32,000 nt of DNA, taken from the NCBI GenBank assembly GCA_005191425.1, contig SUPR01000009.1:21502-53501 (forward strand). The letters run 5' to 3'. The notes beneath the pieces are model-generated. The model did no database searches. It was given only the letters and a program-made list of their open reading frames with translations, and was not told the origin of the DNA. A program made the translations under genes and the position numbers. Of the stretch, positions 18,082-26,782 are shown piece by piece (the stretch's first letter is position 1; each line of letters starts with the position of its first letter). The DNA comes from Candidatus Helarchaeota ASGARD archaeon Hel_GB_B. GTDB taxonomy: Archaea; Asgardarchaeota; Lokiarchaeia; Helarchaeales; HEL-GB-B.

Positions 18082-19521
18082 ATGAGTAATGAGATAATTG
18101 AGCAGCTTATTAAAATTGTTGGAGAGGATAATGTATCAATAGATCCTTATGAATTAGCAATTTATTCAAGAGATTTTAATAATTTTGGATCAACTCCAGA
18201 TTATATAGTTACCTGTCATTCAAAAGAAGAAGTTATGAAAATACTCCAATTTGCTAATGAAAATTATATTCCAATTACTCCAAAATCTTCTAAAATAGAT
18301 TATTTTGGTGCTGCGATTCCAAGTTATGGTGGAATTCTTTTAAACCTCCAAGAAATGAAAAAAATTAAAAAAATTGATACTACACTTAATAGGTACGCTA
18401 CAGTCGAGCCAGGAGTCACATTTGAAGATTTACAAAAAGAATTAGATAAATTAGGATTTCAAGTTATGATGCCTTTGGGCGTATCATGTAAAAATTCAAT
18501 ATTATCTACATATCTTGAGCGCACTCCACTTCTAAGTGGTCCAATACCTATTTTGTCTAATGGGTGGCAATGTATTTTCGATATGGACGTCTTGCTCCCA
18601 AACGGTGATAATTTTCATACTGGGTCTGGAGAAGCTACACCAAAATTTAAAAATTTAACACCTCATGGAGTAACTGGGCCAGATTTCTCCCGAATATTTA
18701 CAGGGGCCCAAGGCACTATGGGTATAATTACTGAGATGACTGTTAAAATCAAACGCAAATATCCCTTTGAATCGATTTTTACATATAATGCTGAGAAAGA
18801 TTCTTTATTAGACATAGTTTCTAAGATTAAAAAATTAGATATCGGTAAAGAATGTCTTATTATTAGTAAATTAAATATGGCTAGTATCCTTGCAGAGGAT
18901 TTTGACCAAGTAGATGAATTAATAGATATTTTACCAGATTGGACAATGGTGCTTCGAGTTGCAGGATACGATGAGGAAGAACTTCAAGTCAATCTTGCAG
19001 ATCTTGAAGATTTTAAACTTTCTAATTCCATTAATACACTGGAAATTCTTACAAATATAAATAATATTGAAGAAATTTTTCTAAATGAATTTAAATTACC
19101 CAATAAATTAATCAATTTTAGGTATTATCAAGGTCATTGTCAAACTATTTCATTCTATACTGAAAAAGATAGGATCAGAGATTTTGATAAACAAGTTGAA
19201 TATGTCGCTAATAACTATAATTATCCGATAGATAATTTGTATGGTTTTATCATGCCTATTGAGCAGGGGCGAACATTTTATTATGAATATAATTTTCATT
19301 CGAACCATAATAATGTGGACGATTACTTTAGAATTCAAAAATTATACCAAGAAGTGTGTGAAATAGTTATTAATCTTGGTGGAATTATTGATCGCCCCTA
19401 TGGAGAATATCTAATAAACCTTATTTATTCCAAAATACCCGAATATTATAATAATATCTTAATAATAAAAAATTGGTTCGATCCAAACAATATTTTAAAC
19501 CCAGGAAAAATCTTTTATTGA
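18082..19521 (+). CDS. FAD-binding oxidoreductase, GlcD/D-LDH/VAO superfamily (FAD_binding_4 + FAD-oxidase_C)
   Basis: PDYIVTCHSKEEV, GGILLNLQEMKKI, ATVEPGVT, FTGAQGTMGIITE, WFDPNNILNPGK. Confidence 0.9.
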   Translation: MSNEIIEQLIKIVGEDNVSIDPYELAIYSRDFNNFGSTPDYIVTCHSKEEVMKILQFANENYIPITPKSSKIDYFGAAIPSYGGILLNLQEMKKIKKIDTTLNRYATVEPGVTFEDLQKELDKLGFQVMMPLGVSCKNSILSTYLERTPLLSGPIPILSNGWQCIFDMDVLLPNGDNFHTGSGEATPKFKNLTPHGVTGPDFSRIFTGAQGTMGIITEMTVKIKRKYPFESIFTYNAEKDSLLDIVSKIKKLDIGKECLIISKLNMASILAEDFDQVDELIDILPDWTMVLRVAGYDEEELQVNLADLEDFKLSNSINTLEILTNINNIEEIFLNEFKLPNKLINFRYYQGHCQTISFYTEKDRIRDFDKQVEYVANNYNYPIDNLYGFIMPIEQGRTFYYEYNFHSNHNNVDDYFRIQKLYQEVCEIVINLGGIIDRPYGEYLINLIYSKIPEYYNNILIIKNWFDPNNILNPGKIFY

Positions 19522-19598
19522 TTATCATTAATTTTTTGACTTGATTTGCTTAAATTAATAAACAATGATTAAGTATGTAGAAATTTAAATTAAAATAG

Positions 19599-20783
19599 AT
19601 GATATTAATGAGTAAAGAACTTAAAGATTTTCATGCAGATGTCTGGCATTGTACAAAATGTTTTTGCTGCGCATATATTAATCCTTATTATCTGACAGAT
19701 GAAAATTATTATGATGGATGCCCAGCAGGAAAATATTTTAAGTTTGATTCCCATCATGCATCAGGACGAATGGAAATTGCTCGAGGTATAATTGAAGAAG
19801 AACTTCCATATCCTTCTGAAAAACTTCTGGAGATAATTTATTCTTGTACTACCTGTGGACTTTGCCAAGCAAATTGCTCATTTTTAAAGGACCTAACACC
19901 TGTAGATGTAATAGAAGCAGTTAGAAGAAAATTAGTCGCCGATGGTATTGGACCTATGCCTCAACATAAAAGATTTGCGGAATCAATTAAAAAAGAGCAT
20001 AATCCATACCGAGAAGAACATTCAAAAAGGTTCAAAAGTTTTAAAGATGCTAAAATAAATCCAGATGCTGAAATTATTTATTATATAGGTTGTACTAGCT
20101 CATATCGAACAAAAGAAATAGCTCAGTCCACCATTGAAATTTTAAATAAATTAAACATTGACTATACTATTTTGGGAGATGATGAATGGTGCTGTGGAAG
20201 TCCATTATTTAGGACTGGCCAGATGAATGAAGGAAAAATGGTCATGGAACATAATATAAAAGTTATTAATAATAAATACCCAAAAGCTAAACAAATCCTA
20301 TTTTCATGTGCAGGGTGTTATCGTGCATTTAAAAAAGATTACGATGAACTGTCTGAATTAAAACTGAAACCTAAAACGGAACACATTTCTGAATTCATAC
20401 AAAAATTGATCAAAAAGGGAAAATTAAATTTCAATAAAAAAGATGTTTCTATAACATATCACGACCCATGTCATTTAGGTAGACATTTGGGAGTCTATGA
20501 ACAGCCAAGGGAAGTAATAAATTCATTTTCTAATTTGGTCGAGATGCCCCGAAACAGGATAAATGCATGGTGTTGTGGCTCTGGAGGTGGAGTCAAGTCT
20601 GCTTTTAATGATATGGCGATGGCTACGGCTATAGATCGCTTGAATGAAGCTATTAGTACCAATTCTGATATTCTAATGTCAACATGCCCATTTTGTAAAT
20701 TAAATTTATCTCAAGCTAATGAAAAAAACACTGAAAAAATAGAAATAATGGATCTTGTTGAATATATTGCAAAAATACTTTAA
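19599..20783 (+). CDS. HdrD/GlcF-like (Fe-S)-binding protein with two CCG domains
   Basis: CTKCFCC...CP, CTTCGLCQANC, YYIGCT..WCCGSP..SCAGCY, YHDPCHLGR..WCCGSGGG..TCPFC. Confidence 0.92.
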   Translation: MILMSKELKDFHADVWHCTKCFCCAYINPYYLTDENYYDGCPAGKYFKFDSHHASGRMEIARGIIEEELPYPSEKLLEIIYSCTTCGLCQANCSFLKDLTPVDVIEAVRRKLVADGIGPMPQHKRFAESIKKEHNPYREEHSKRFKSFKDAKINPDAEIIYYIGCTSSYRTKEIAQSTIEILNKLNIDYTILGDDEWCCGSPLFRTGQMNEGKMVMEHNIKVINNKYPKAKQILFSCAGCYRAFKKDYDELSELKLKPKTEHISEFIQKLIKKGKLNFNKKDVSITYHDPCHLGRHLGVYEQPREVINSFSNLVEMPRNRINAWCCGSGGGVKSAFNDMAMATAIDRLNEAISTNSDILMSTCPFCKLNLSQANEKNTEKIEIMDLVEYIAKIL

Positions 20784-21253
20784 TTATTTTGTTTAATTTA
20801 AATTTCTATTAAATTACTATTCTTATTTTTATAAAAAGTAAACTAGTTAGTTATTTTATTATATTATATTTTCAAATTATTCTAGATTTTCTAGCACATT
20901 TTGTTCTATTTTATCGGTATATAGTAATGTTACTAATAGAATCTTTTTTAAATTGATTTTTAATTATACAATTTTCATTTCTATTAAGCAAAAATTATAT
21001 GTGTAAAAAATTTGATGTAAAATTTAGAATATTACTTTAAAAAAACAATATAAATCAAATATTAAAAAATTTGGGTCAAGATTTTATTTATAGATCAATC
21101 TTCTTATTTATAGAAATTGTTTCTTCATAAAATCCAGAATAAAAATAGTAAAAAATTAATATGTTTTATAATAATAAAATAATTTAAATTTAAATAAAAC
21201 AAATTATTTAATAATTTATTTAGTGCATCGACGTGATAAAGGAAGTGAATTAA

Positions 21254-23011
21254 TTGACTGACGAGAAAAAAGAAAAAATTAAAAGTCGCAAAAAAAAGAA
21301 GAGAGATTCGATAGCAAAACTTAAGCAACAGATGATTGATTATATAAATAATATAAAAACATATGAAGATTGGGACAAATTTGTTCAGATGTTTATGTTA
21401 AGGTTTCCAGAACGAAAAAAGAAATTTTTTACGGACTCAGGAATTGAAATTAAACGGTTATATATACCAGATGATATAAAAGATATTGATTATAATAGAG
21501 ACATTGGATATCCGAGTGTTCCGCCTTTTGTTAGAGGGGTTTATCCTACAATGCATAGAGGCAGATTTTGGACACAAAGATTAATTTGTGGGACGGGTAC
21601 TCCTGAAGATACAAATGAACGGCTTAAATTTTTAATTGATCAAGGGCAAACAGGATTAAATATAATATATGATTTACCATCTCATCGAGGAATTGACCCA
21701 GATGATCCTAGAGCTAAAGGAGAAATTGGAAAAGACGGAGTGAACTGTTGCTGTTTAGAAGATATGCGTGCAATATTTAAAGATATAGATTATAAAAAAT
21801 ATTCAGTTTCTCAAATAACAGCCATTCATGTTTTATGTATGTATATTGCAATGGCAGAATTAGACGGAGTAGATATATCAGAATTAAGAGGAACAGTTCA
21901 AAGTGATATGTTTAATGCAATTCAGGGTTGTGGAGCTTTAGCTTCAGATGTAACCAGACGTGGAAAGGGTGCTATAGATTATTCAGTTGAGATTTGTGTC
22001 GATATTATTGAATTTTGTTCAAAATATATGCCTAAATGGTACCCAATATCCATAGTTGGACGCAATATAAGAGAAGCAGGGGCTGATGCAGTTTCAGAAA
22101 TTGCGCTTGCTTTTTCAAATGGCCTTGCATTTGTTGAAAAAGCTATGGCGAGAGGATTAGATATTAATGAATTTGGAGAACGTTTATCATTTATGTTTTG
22201 TTGTGAAAATGACTTTTTCGAAGAAATAGCGAAATTTAGAGCTGCACGAAGAGTATGGTATAGATTAATGAAAGAAAAAGGTGCAACAAATCCTTTAGCA
22301 ATGTTAGTACGGATGCATGTCCAAAATAGTAGTATAGCTTATACAGCGCAACAACCTCTTAATAATATTATCCGTGGTACTCTTCATACTACAGCTGCTG
22401 TATTAGGTGGTGCACAATCACTCCATACTAATGCTTATGATGAAGCATGGGGACTTCCAACTGAAAAAGCAGCTATGATTGCTTTACGAACACAACAAAT
22501 TATAGCCGAAGAATCAGGTATCATGAATACAATTGACCCACTTGCGGGTTCATATTATATCGAAACTTTAACCAATGAATTAGCTGAAAGAATTTATAAT
22601 ATGGTAAAAGAAATGCAAGAGAAAGGTGGCTCCGTAGAATTAACTGAAAATGGATGGATTGCTAATTTACTGGAAGAAAATGCATATAAATATCAGCAAG
22701 AAATTGAAAGTGGTGAAAGAGTAATTGTTGGGGTTAATAAATATGTTTTAGAAGATGAAGAGTTAGATATTGAAATCCATGAAATTCCTGAAGAGGTAGC
22801 AGAACATCAAATCGCCAGAGTACAAAGAGTTAGAAAAGAGAGAGACCCAGAAAAATGGAAAGCTGCAATAGAAGAATTAAAACGAGTATGTGATGCAAAA
22901 GAAAAAGATCCAAAAGTCAATATTATGCGAGCATTAATTGACGCCTATAAAGCAGGTGCAACTTTAGGAGAATGTTATAAAACTATGTGGTCCGATTATA
23001 GGTTCTTGTGA
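21254..23011 (+). CDS. Adenosylcobalamin-dependent acyl-CoA mutase, large (substrate-binding) subunit, methylmalonyl-CoA mutase family with divergent active site
   Basis: PFVRGVYPTMHRGRFWT, DQGQTGL..YDLP, FEEIAKFRAARRVW, GGAQSLHTNAYDEA, RTQQIIAEESG, DPLAGSYYIE, VIVGVNKY. TTG start. Confidence 0.95.
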   Translation: MTDEKKEKIKSRKKKKRDSIAKLKQQMIDYINNIKTYEDWDKFVQMFMLRFPERKKKFFTDSGIEIKRLYIPDDIKDIDYNRDIGYPSVPPFVRGVYPTMHRGRFWTQRLICGTGTPEDTNERLKFLIDQGQTGLNIIYDLPSHRGIDPDDPRAKGEIGKDGVNCCCLEDMRAIFKDIDYKKYSVSQITAIHVLCMYIAMAELDGVDISELRGTVQSDMFNAIQGCGALASDVTRRGKGAIDYSVEICVDIIEFCSKYMPKWYPISIVGRNIREAGADAVSEIALAFSNGLAFVEKAMARGLDINEFGERLSFMFCCENDFFEEIAKFRAARRVWYRLMKEKGATNPLAMLVRMHVQNSSIAYTAQQPLNNIIRGTLHTTAAVLGGAQSLHTNAYDEAWGLPTEKAAMIALRTQQIIAEESGIMNTIDPLAGSYYIETLTNELAERIYNMVKEMQEKGGSVELTENGWIANLLEENAYKYQQEIESGERVIVGVNKYVLEDEELDIEIHEIPEEVAEHQIARVQRVRKERDPEKWKAAIEELKRVCDAKEKDPKVNIMRALIDAYKAGATLGECYKTMWSDYRFL

Positions 23012-23016
23012 GAGAA

Positions 23017-23022
23017 GGAGGT
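23017..23022 (+). promoter_or_regulatory. Shine-Dalgarno site of the mutase B12-binding subunit
   Basis: GGAGGT 8 nt upstream of ATG 23031, within the 19-nt gap after the large-subunit stop. Confidence 0.7.
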
Positions 23023-23030
23023 CAATTTTT

Positions 23031-23438
23031 ATGAAAAGAAAATTGAAGGTATTAACTGCAAAACCTGGTTTGGACGGACATGATAGAGGAATAAAAATTG
23101 TCAATAGAGTTTTTGTAGAATCTGGAATGGAAGTAGTTTATATTGGAAATAGTACTCCAGAAGAAATAATTAAAGCAAGTATTGATGAGGATGCAGATAT
23201 TATTGGCCTGTCAATTTTATCTTCTAGCTATAAAATTTTAATTCCTGAATTTCTTGATCTTGTGGAAAAAAATGGACTAAAGAACCGAATGCTATTATTG
23301 GGTGGAATTATTTTACCACGAGATAAAAAAAATTATTTAGAGAGAGGATTTGCAGGAGTTTACGGACCTGGTACTAATATTAAAAAAGTCGTGGAATTTA
23401 TCCATTCAAAATTCAATATAAAGGAATCAGATGAGTGA
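23031..23438 (+). CDS. Cobalamin-binding small subunit of acyl-CoA mutase
   Basis: Base-off/His-on motif KPGLDGHDRG, GLSIL, LLGGII. Directly follows the large subunit. Confidence 0.95.
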   Translation: MKRKLKVLTAKPGLDGHDRGIKIVNRVFVESGMEVVYIGNSTPEEIIKASIDEDADIIGLSILSSSYKILIPEFLDLVEKNGLKNRMLLLGGIILPRDKKNYLERGFAGVYGPGTNIKKVVEFIHSKFNIKESDE

Positions 23439-23684
23439 ATCAAAAATCTTTATCCTTTAAAATTTTATTTTATTTTTTTTATTAGTTGGATAAATAGACC
23501 ATTAAAATGATAATTCAGTTTGAATGACTTTTAATTAGAAATTAATGATAAAAAAGTATTGAAATCAAAAATTCACGCTTATTTTTTTCTAATTATACTA
23601 AATCTATTTGAACTAAAATAAATTTCATAAATATAACATTTTATATTATTGAAAGAAATTTTGTTTTAAGTAAGCGAAAAAATC

Positions 23685-25175
23685 TTGGTGAACCCCATGA
23701 AAAAATATGATTATATAATTATAGGTAGTGGTCTTGGAGGCTTAGGAGCAGCAGGAATATTAGTAAAAAATGGGAAAAAAGTATTAATTATTGAAAAAAA
23801 TAATAAACCAGGAGGACGATGCTCTTCGTATCAGAAAGATGGTTTTACAATAGACTATGGGACACATATTATTACTAGATCTGAATATGGGCCAATTGGA
23901 GAAATTACAAGTCAGCTAGGTGTTAAAAATTTATTAAAATTCTTTCATTTACATAGAATGCCATCTTACATCTTAAAAGAAAATTCAGCTTTTGGACCAT
24001 TTGGAATAGATATTAACCAAAAAAGTACATTAAGTATTCCGATTAATGATACAAATTTAAATGAATTAGAAATTTCTAAAGATAATTTTCAAAATATTTT
24101 TGGAAAAATGTCAAAATTGGTACAAAATATTTCAATTCCTAAGACCAGAGAGTTGGATAATGTCCCTTTTCAGACATATATGAAAGAATTAGACCTTGGA
24201 GCGGGAGTAAATCAAATATTATACTTTTTATTTATGGCAGGTCTATGTGTAATGCCCCATGAAGGTTCTGCAGGTGAATTTTTAAGAACTTTATTATATG
24301 TTATGAGTTCTAGCATAAAATCAGTATGGATGGACCATGATGGATTAAGCTTTGGATATCCATATGGAAGTTGTAGCGCAATTCCAGACGTAATATGTAA
24401 GGGTATTAGAAACTTTGGAGGAGAATTTCTGTTCAACACTACCGTAAATGAGATAATTATTAAAGACAATAGGGCTGTGGGTGTTAAAACTTCAAAAGAT
24501 GAAATAATAATGGGCGATAAAATTATAAGTAATGTCGGCCCTAAAGAAACAATATTGCAATTATGTAAAAATGAGATAACTGAAAAATCATATAAAGAAA
24601 AAATTAAAAAATTAAAACCCTCGATCAGGTCATTAGTCCTAAAAATTGCACTTGATAGTCCAATTACAAATGAACCATTTCAATTCTTATTGACAAGTGA
24701 AATGGAAAAAACACTTGAGATGACCTTAAAAAATAAGGTATCTAAAATACCAATAGGAATTTTTATACCAGCTACTTCAATAATGGATCCATCACTTGCA
24801 CCAAAAGGTAAGCAACTTTTACTTCCAGGTACTGTATATGCCCCATATGTAGATACGGGAATTAATATTGAAAAAATTAAAAATAATGTCCTTGGATGTT
24901 TAGAACTCGTATTTCCCCACATCCAAAAGCATATTAAATGGGTAGATATATTTTCACCTGAAACAGCAATGAAATTATGGAATAATGTTGATGGGGCAAT
25001 TAATAGAATTGGACAAACAATTGACCAAGTCGGTAAAAATCAACTTGATTTCTTTACGCCGATTGATGAACTTTATTTGGTGGGATGTGGAATTGGTAAG
25101 AATATCTCAGGAATAGGAACAGAATTTGCACTTTCAAGCGGGATGACACTAGCAAATCAATTATTAAAAAAATAA
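23685..25175 (+). CDS. Phytoene desaturase (CrtI)-family NAD(P)/FAD oxidoreductase
   Basis: YDYIIIGSGLGGL...IEKNNKPGGRCSSYQKDGFTIDYGTH, YPYGSCSAIPDVI, C-terminal LYLVG..G.G. The true start is probably ATG 23697, preceded by GGTGA. Confidence 0.85.
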   Translation: MVNPMKKYDYIIIGSGLGGLGAAGILVKNGKKVLIIEKNNKPGGRCSSYQKDGFTIDYGTHIITRSEYGPIGEITSQLGVKNLLKFFHLHRMPSYILKENSAFGPFGIDINQKSTLSIPINDTNLNELEISKDNFQNIFGKMSKLVQNISIPKTRELDNVPFQTYMKELDLGAGVNQILYFLFMAGLCVMPHEGSAGEFLRTLLYVMSSSIKSVWMDHDGLSFGYPYGSCSAIPDVICKGIRNFGGEFLFNTTVNEIIIKDNRAVGVKTSKDEIIMGDKIISNVGPKETILQLCKNEITEKSYKEKIKKLKPSIRSLVLKIALDSPITNEPFQFLLTSEMEKTLEMTLKNKVSKIPIGIFIPATSIMDPSLAPKGKQLLLPGTVYAPYVDTGINIEKIKNNVLGCLELVFPHIQKHIKWVDIFSPETAMKLWNNVDGAINRIGQTIDQVGKNQLDFFTPIDELYLVGCGIGKNISGIGTEFALSSGMTLANQLLKK

Positions 25176-25317
25176 ACTAAAATATAAAAATTATATAAAA
25201 CCGTCAATTCAATTCAAATTTAAAAAATGTAGTACAATTAAAATTTTTTATTCTTTTAAATAAAATTTTAAATTATTAAAATTATTGATAAAAATAGATG
25301 CAAAAAACTAAAAAAAA

Positions 25318-25959
25318 TTATTTTCTGGAATTTTCAGCGGGAATTGGTTGATTTGGTTTTTCTGGAATTAATTCATCATCAATTTTATTTTCTAAAAATA
25401 ATTTTAAATAACATCCTTTGATCTCTTCATCATATTCCTGAATAAGAGAAATGTTTCCAATCGCGCAATATTGGCTTAAAACGGGGACACATGCAAAGCT
25501 GCATATCCAGGATTCACTTATATCATTAAAATTTAGCTTTTTAATAGTCTTTTTGAACTGTCTACGAACAGGACATTTAGTTATTCTTACAATTTTCATA
25601 TTTTTCTCGTCAGTTTCGACAAAATCTATTTTATCAAGAGGGACTAAATATTGAGCTTGTTCAATAATCATTTCGGCGACTTTATTCATAATTTGCCTTG
25701 GAGCTAAATGACTCAGTGCTTTTACTATTGCTTTTTTTATTTTGCCGACCTTGAGTGTTTCAGCCCATGTTGGGTTATCTTGGAGAAAAAATTTTTCAAC
25801 AGCTTCAATCCCATATTCTTTATATAAAAACTTCATCATTGTAGTCCTTTGTTCGACCATATCTTCAAAAGCTACTTTATAGAGAGTTTTTATATCCCAT
25901 TCTTGACAATTGGACTCGGTGGACTCTTCTTTATCCGCCAAATTATCATCTCTTTTCAA
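25318..25959 (-). CDS. Hypothetical protein, possibly V4R/ATC-hydrolase-like Cys-containing domain
   Basis: ITKCPV...ICSFACVP...YC...GCYL spacing resembles the ligand/metal-binding V4R-like folds. TTG start. Confidence 0.55.
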   Translation of the reverse strand: MKRDDNLADKEESTESNCQEWDIKTLYKVAFEDMVEQRTTMMKFLYKEYGIEAVEKFFLQDNPTWAETLKVGKIKKAIVKALSHLAPRQIMNKVAEMIIEQAQYLVPLDKIDFVETDEKNMKIVRITKCPVRRQFKKTIKKLNFNDISESWICSFACVPVLSQYCAIGNISLIQEYDEEIKGCYLKLFLENKIDDELIPEKPNQPIPAENSRK

Positions 25960-26184
25960 TTTTTAATTATAATTAATTTTTATGTTTATAAAATATTTAG
26001 GTTATTTGAAATAATTCGTTTCAATGATTTTTTGTTTTATTTTTTAACGTCTTTAATGAATTTAAATCTTACTAAGAAAAGTACTCTAAAAGCCAATTTT
26101 TTGTTCCTTAATATATATATAGCTTAACGATAGGGTCGATAAAAAATTGATAAAAATTAAATATGATCATGAAAAAAAATAAAT

Positions 26185-26572
26185 AGATAGGAGTAAAAGA
26201 ATGGTCTACGGGCGTATTGCGCCTGAGGAAAGTCCTCCCTTCCACTTGGCGACAGTGTAGCGGTTTAAAGCTACTAGGCGAGAGCCTACCTCTGAGAGCA
26301 GAAACGACACGTCCATACTCTAAATGATGATGAAGCGGCTGAGAAAGATTTCATCTTTCGAGAAGATTTTGGTGACAAAATTAAGTTAACCCGTTGAAGA
26401 GGAGTATGGGACCGTTGAAACGGCTCATGACTGTGGAAGCAAGCTCAAATAAGTCCCCGATGAAGTGCCAAGATGAGGGGACGGGTAGAGCGCTTAGATC
26501 GATACCATAAAAACATTCTCCAAAATTTCTTGGAGTGTTTTAACAAAAGGAGGCTTACTTTTACACCTATCT
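26185..26572 (+). ncRNA. rnpB: Archaeal RNase P RNA (type A)
   Basis: P1: GATAGGAGTAAAAG (26186-26199) pairs with CTTTTACACCTATC (26558-26571). CR-I GAGGAAAGTCC (26225-26235). CR-V AACAAAAGGAGGCTTAC (26542-26558). GCAGAAAC and TGAAACGG conserved regions. P3, P7 (ACAGT/ACTGT), P8 (GTAGC/GCTAC), P9 (TAGGC-GAGA-GCCTA), P12 (CCATACTC/GAGTATGG), P15 (GCTC/GAGC), P16 (GTCCCC/GGGGAC) and P6 (CTTGGC 26245-50 / GCCAAG 26467-72) all pair. Confidence 0.97.
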
Positions 26573-26600
26573 TTTTTATTTTTTATTTATTTTTTAATTC
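26572..26600 (+). terminator. Oligo-T tract after RNase P RNA (archaeal-type terminator)
   Basis: TTTTTTATTTTTTATTTATTTTTT immediately 3' of helix P1. Confidence 0.55.
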
Positions 26601-26782
26601 AATTTATTATAAAATATTATTTATTGTGGGTGGATATTTAGTTTATTTCTATTTTTATGTTTTTATATCTATTTCATCAATAGTATCATTTATCGCTTGA
26701 TGCTTAGCTGCAGGAAAATTTATATTTGTAAAAAACTCGAAAACTCTATATATTATTCCAATTTTGGACATTTCATCCGATT

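Noticed and set aside
20784-21253. Possible cobalamin riboswitch upstream of the B12 mutase
   Set aside because: The region is almost all A/T, with no B12-box or pairable GC helices.
21254-21310. Lys/Arg-rich N-terminal tails (mutase, 12577 and 29702 proteins) as targeting signals
   Set aside because: Lys runs are expected from A-rich codons in this genome, and the start codons are uncertain.
21254-23011. Assigning the mutase as 2-hydroxyisobutyryl-CoA mutase because of Ile at position 89
   Set aside because: HCM also needs Asp at the 116/117 position, which is Ile here, and keeps the Tyr-His motif, which is Arg-Asn here.
26473-26700. 75-aa ORF from the track
   Set aside because: It overlaps the 3' half of the RNase P RNA and the T-rich terminator, which explains its Phe-rich composition.
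26757-26768. TCCAA-TT-TTGGA dyad resembling the ORB core
   Set aside because: It is a single short copy with no G-string, downstream of the cdc6 unit, and too weak alone.
26655-26771. 38-codon minus-strand ORF (MSKIGIIYRVFEFF...) downstream of the wHTH gene
   Set aside because: It is short, with no recognisable motif or clear ribosome-binding site. It cannot be supported without Ribo-seq or homologs.
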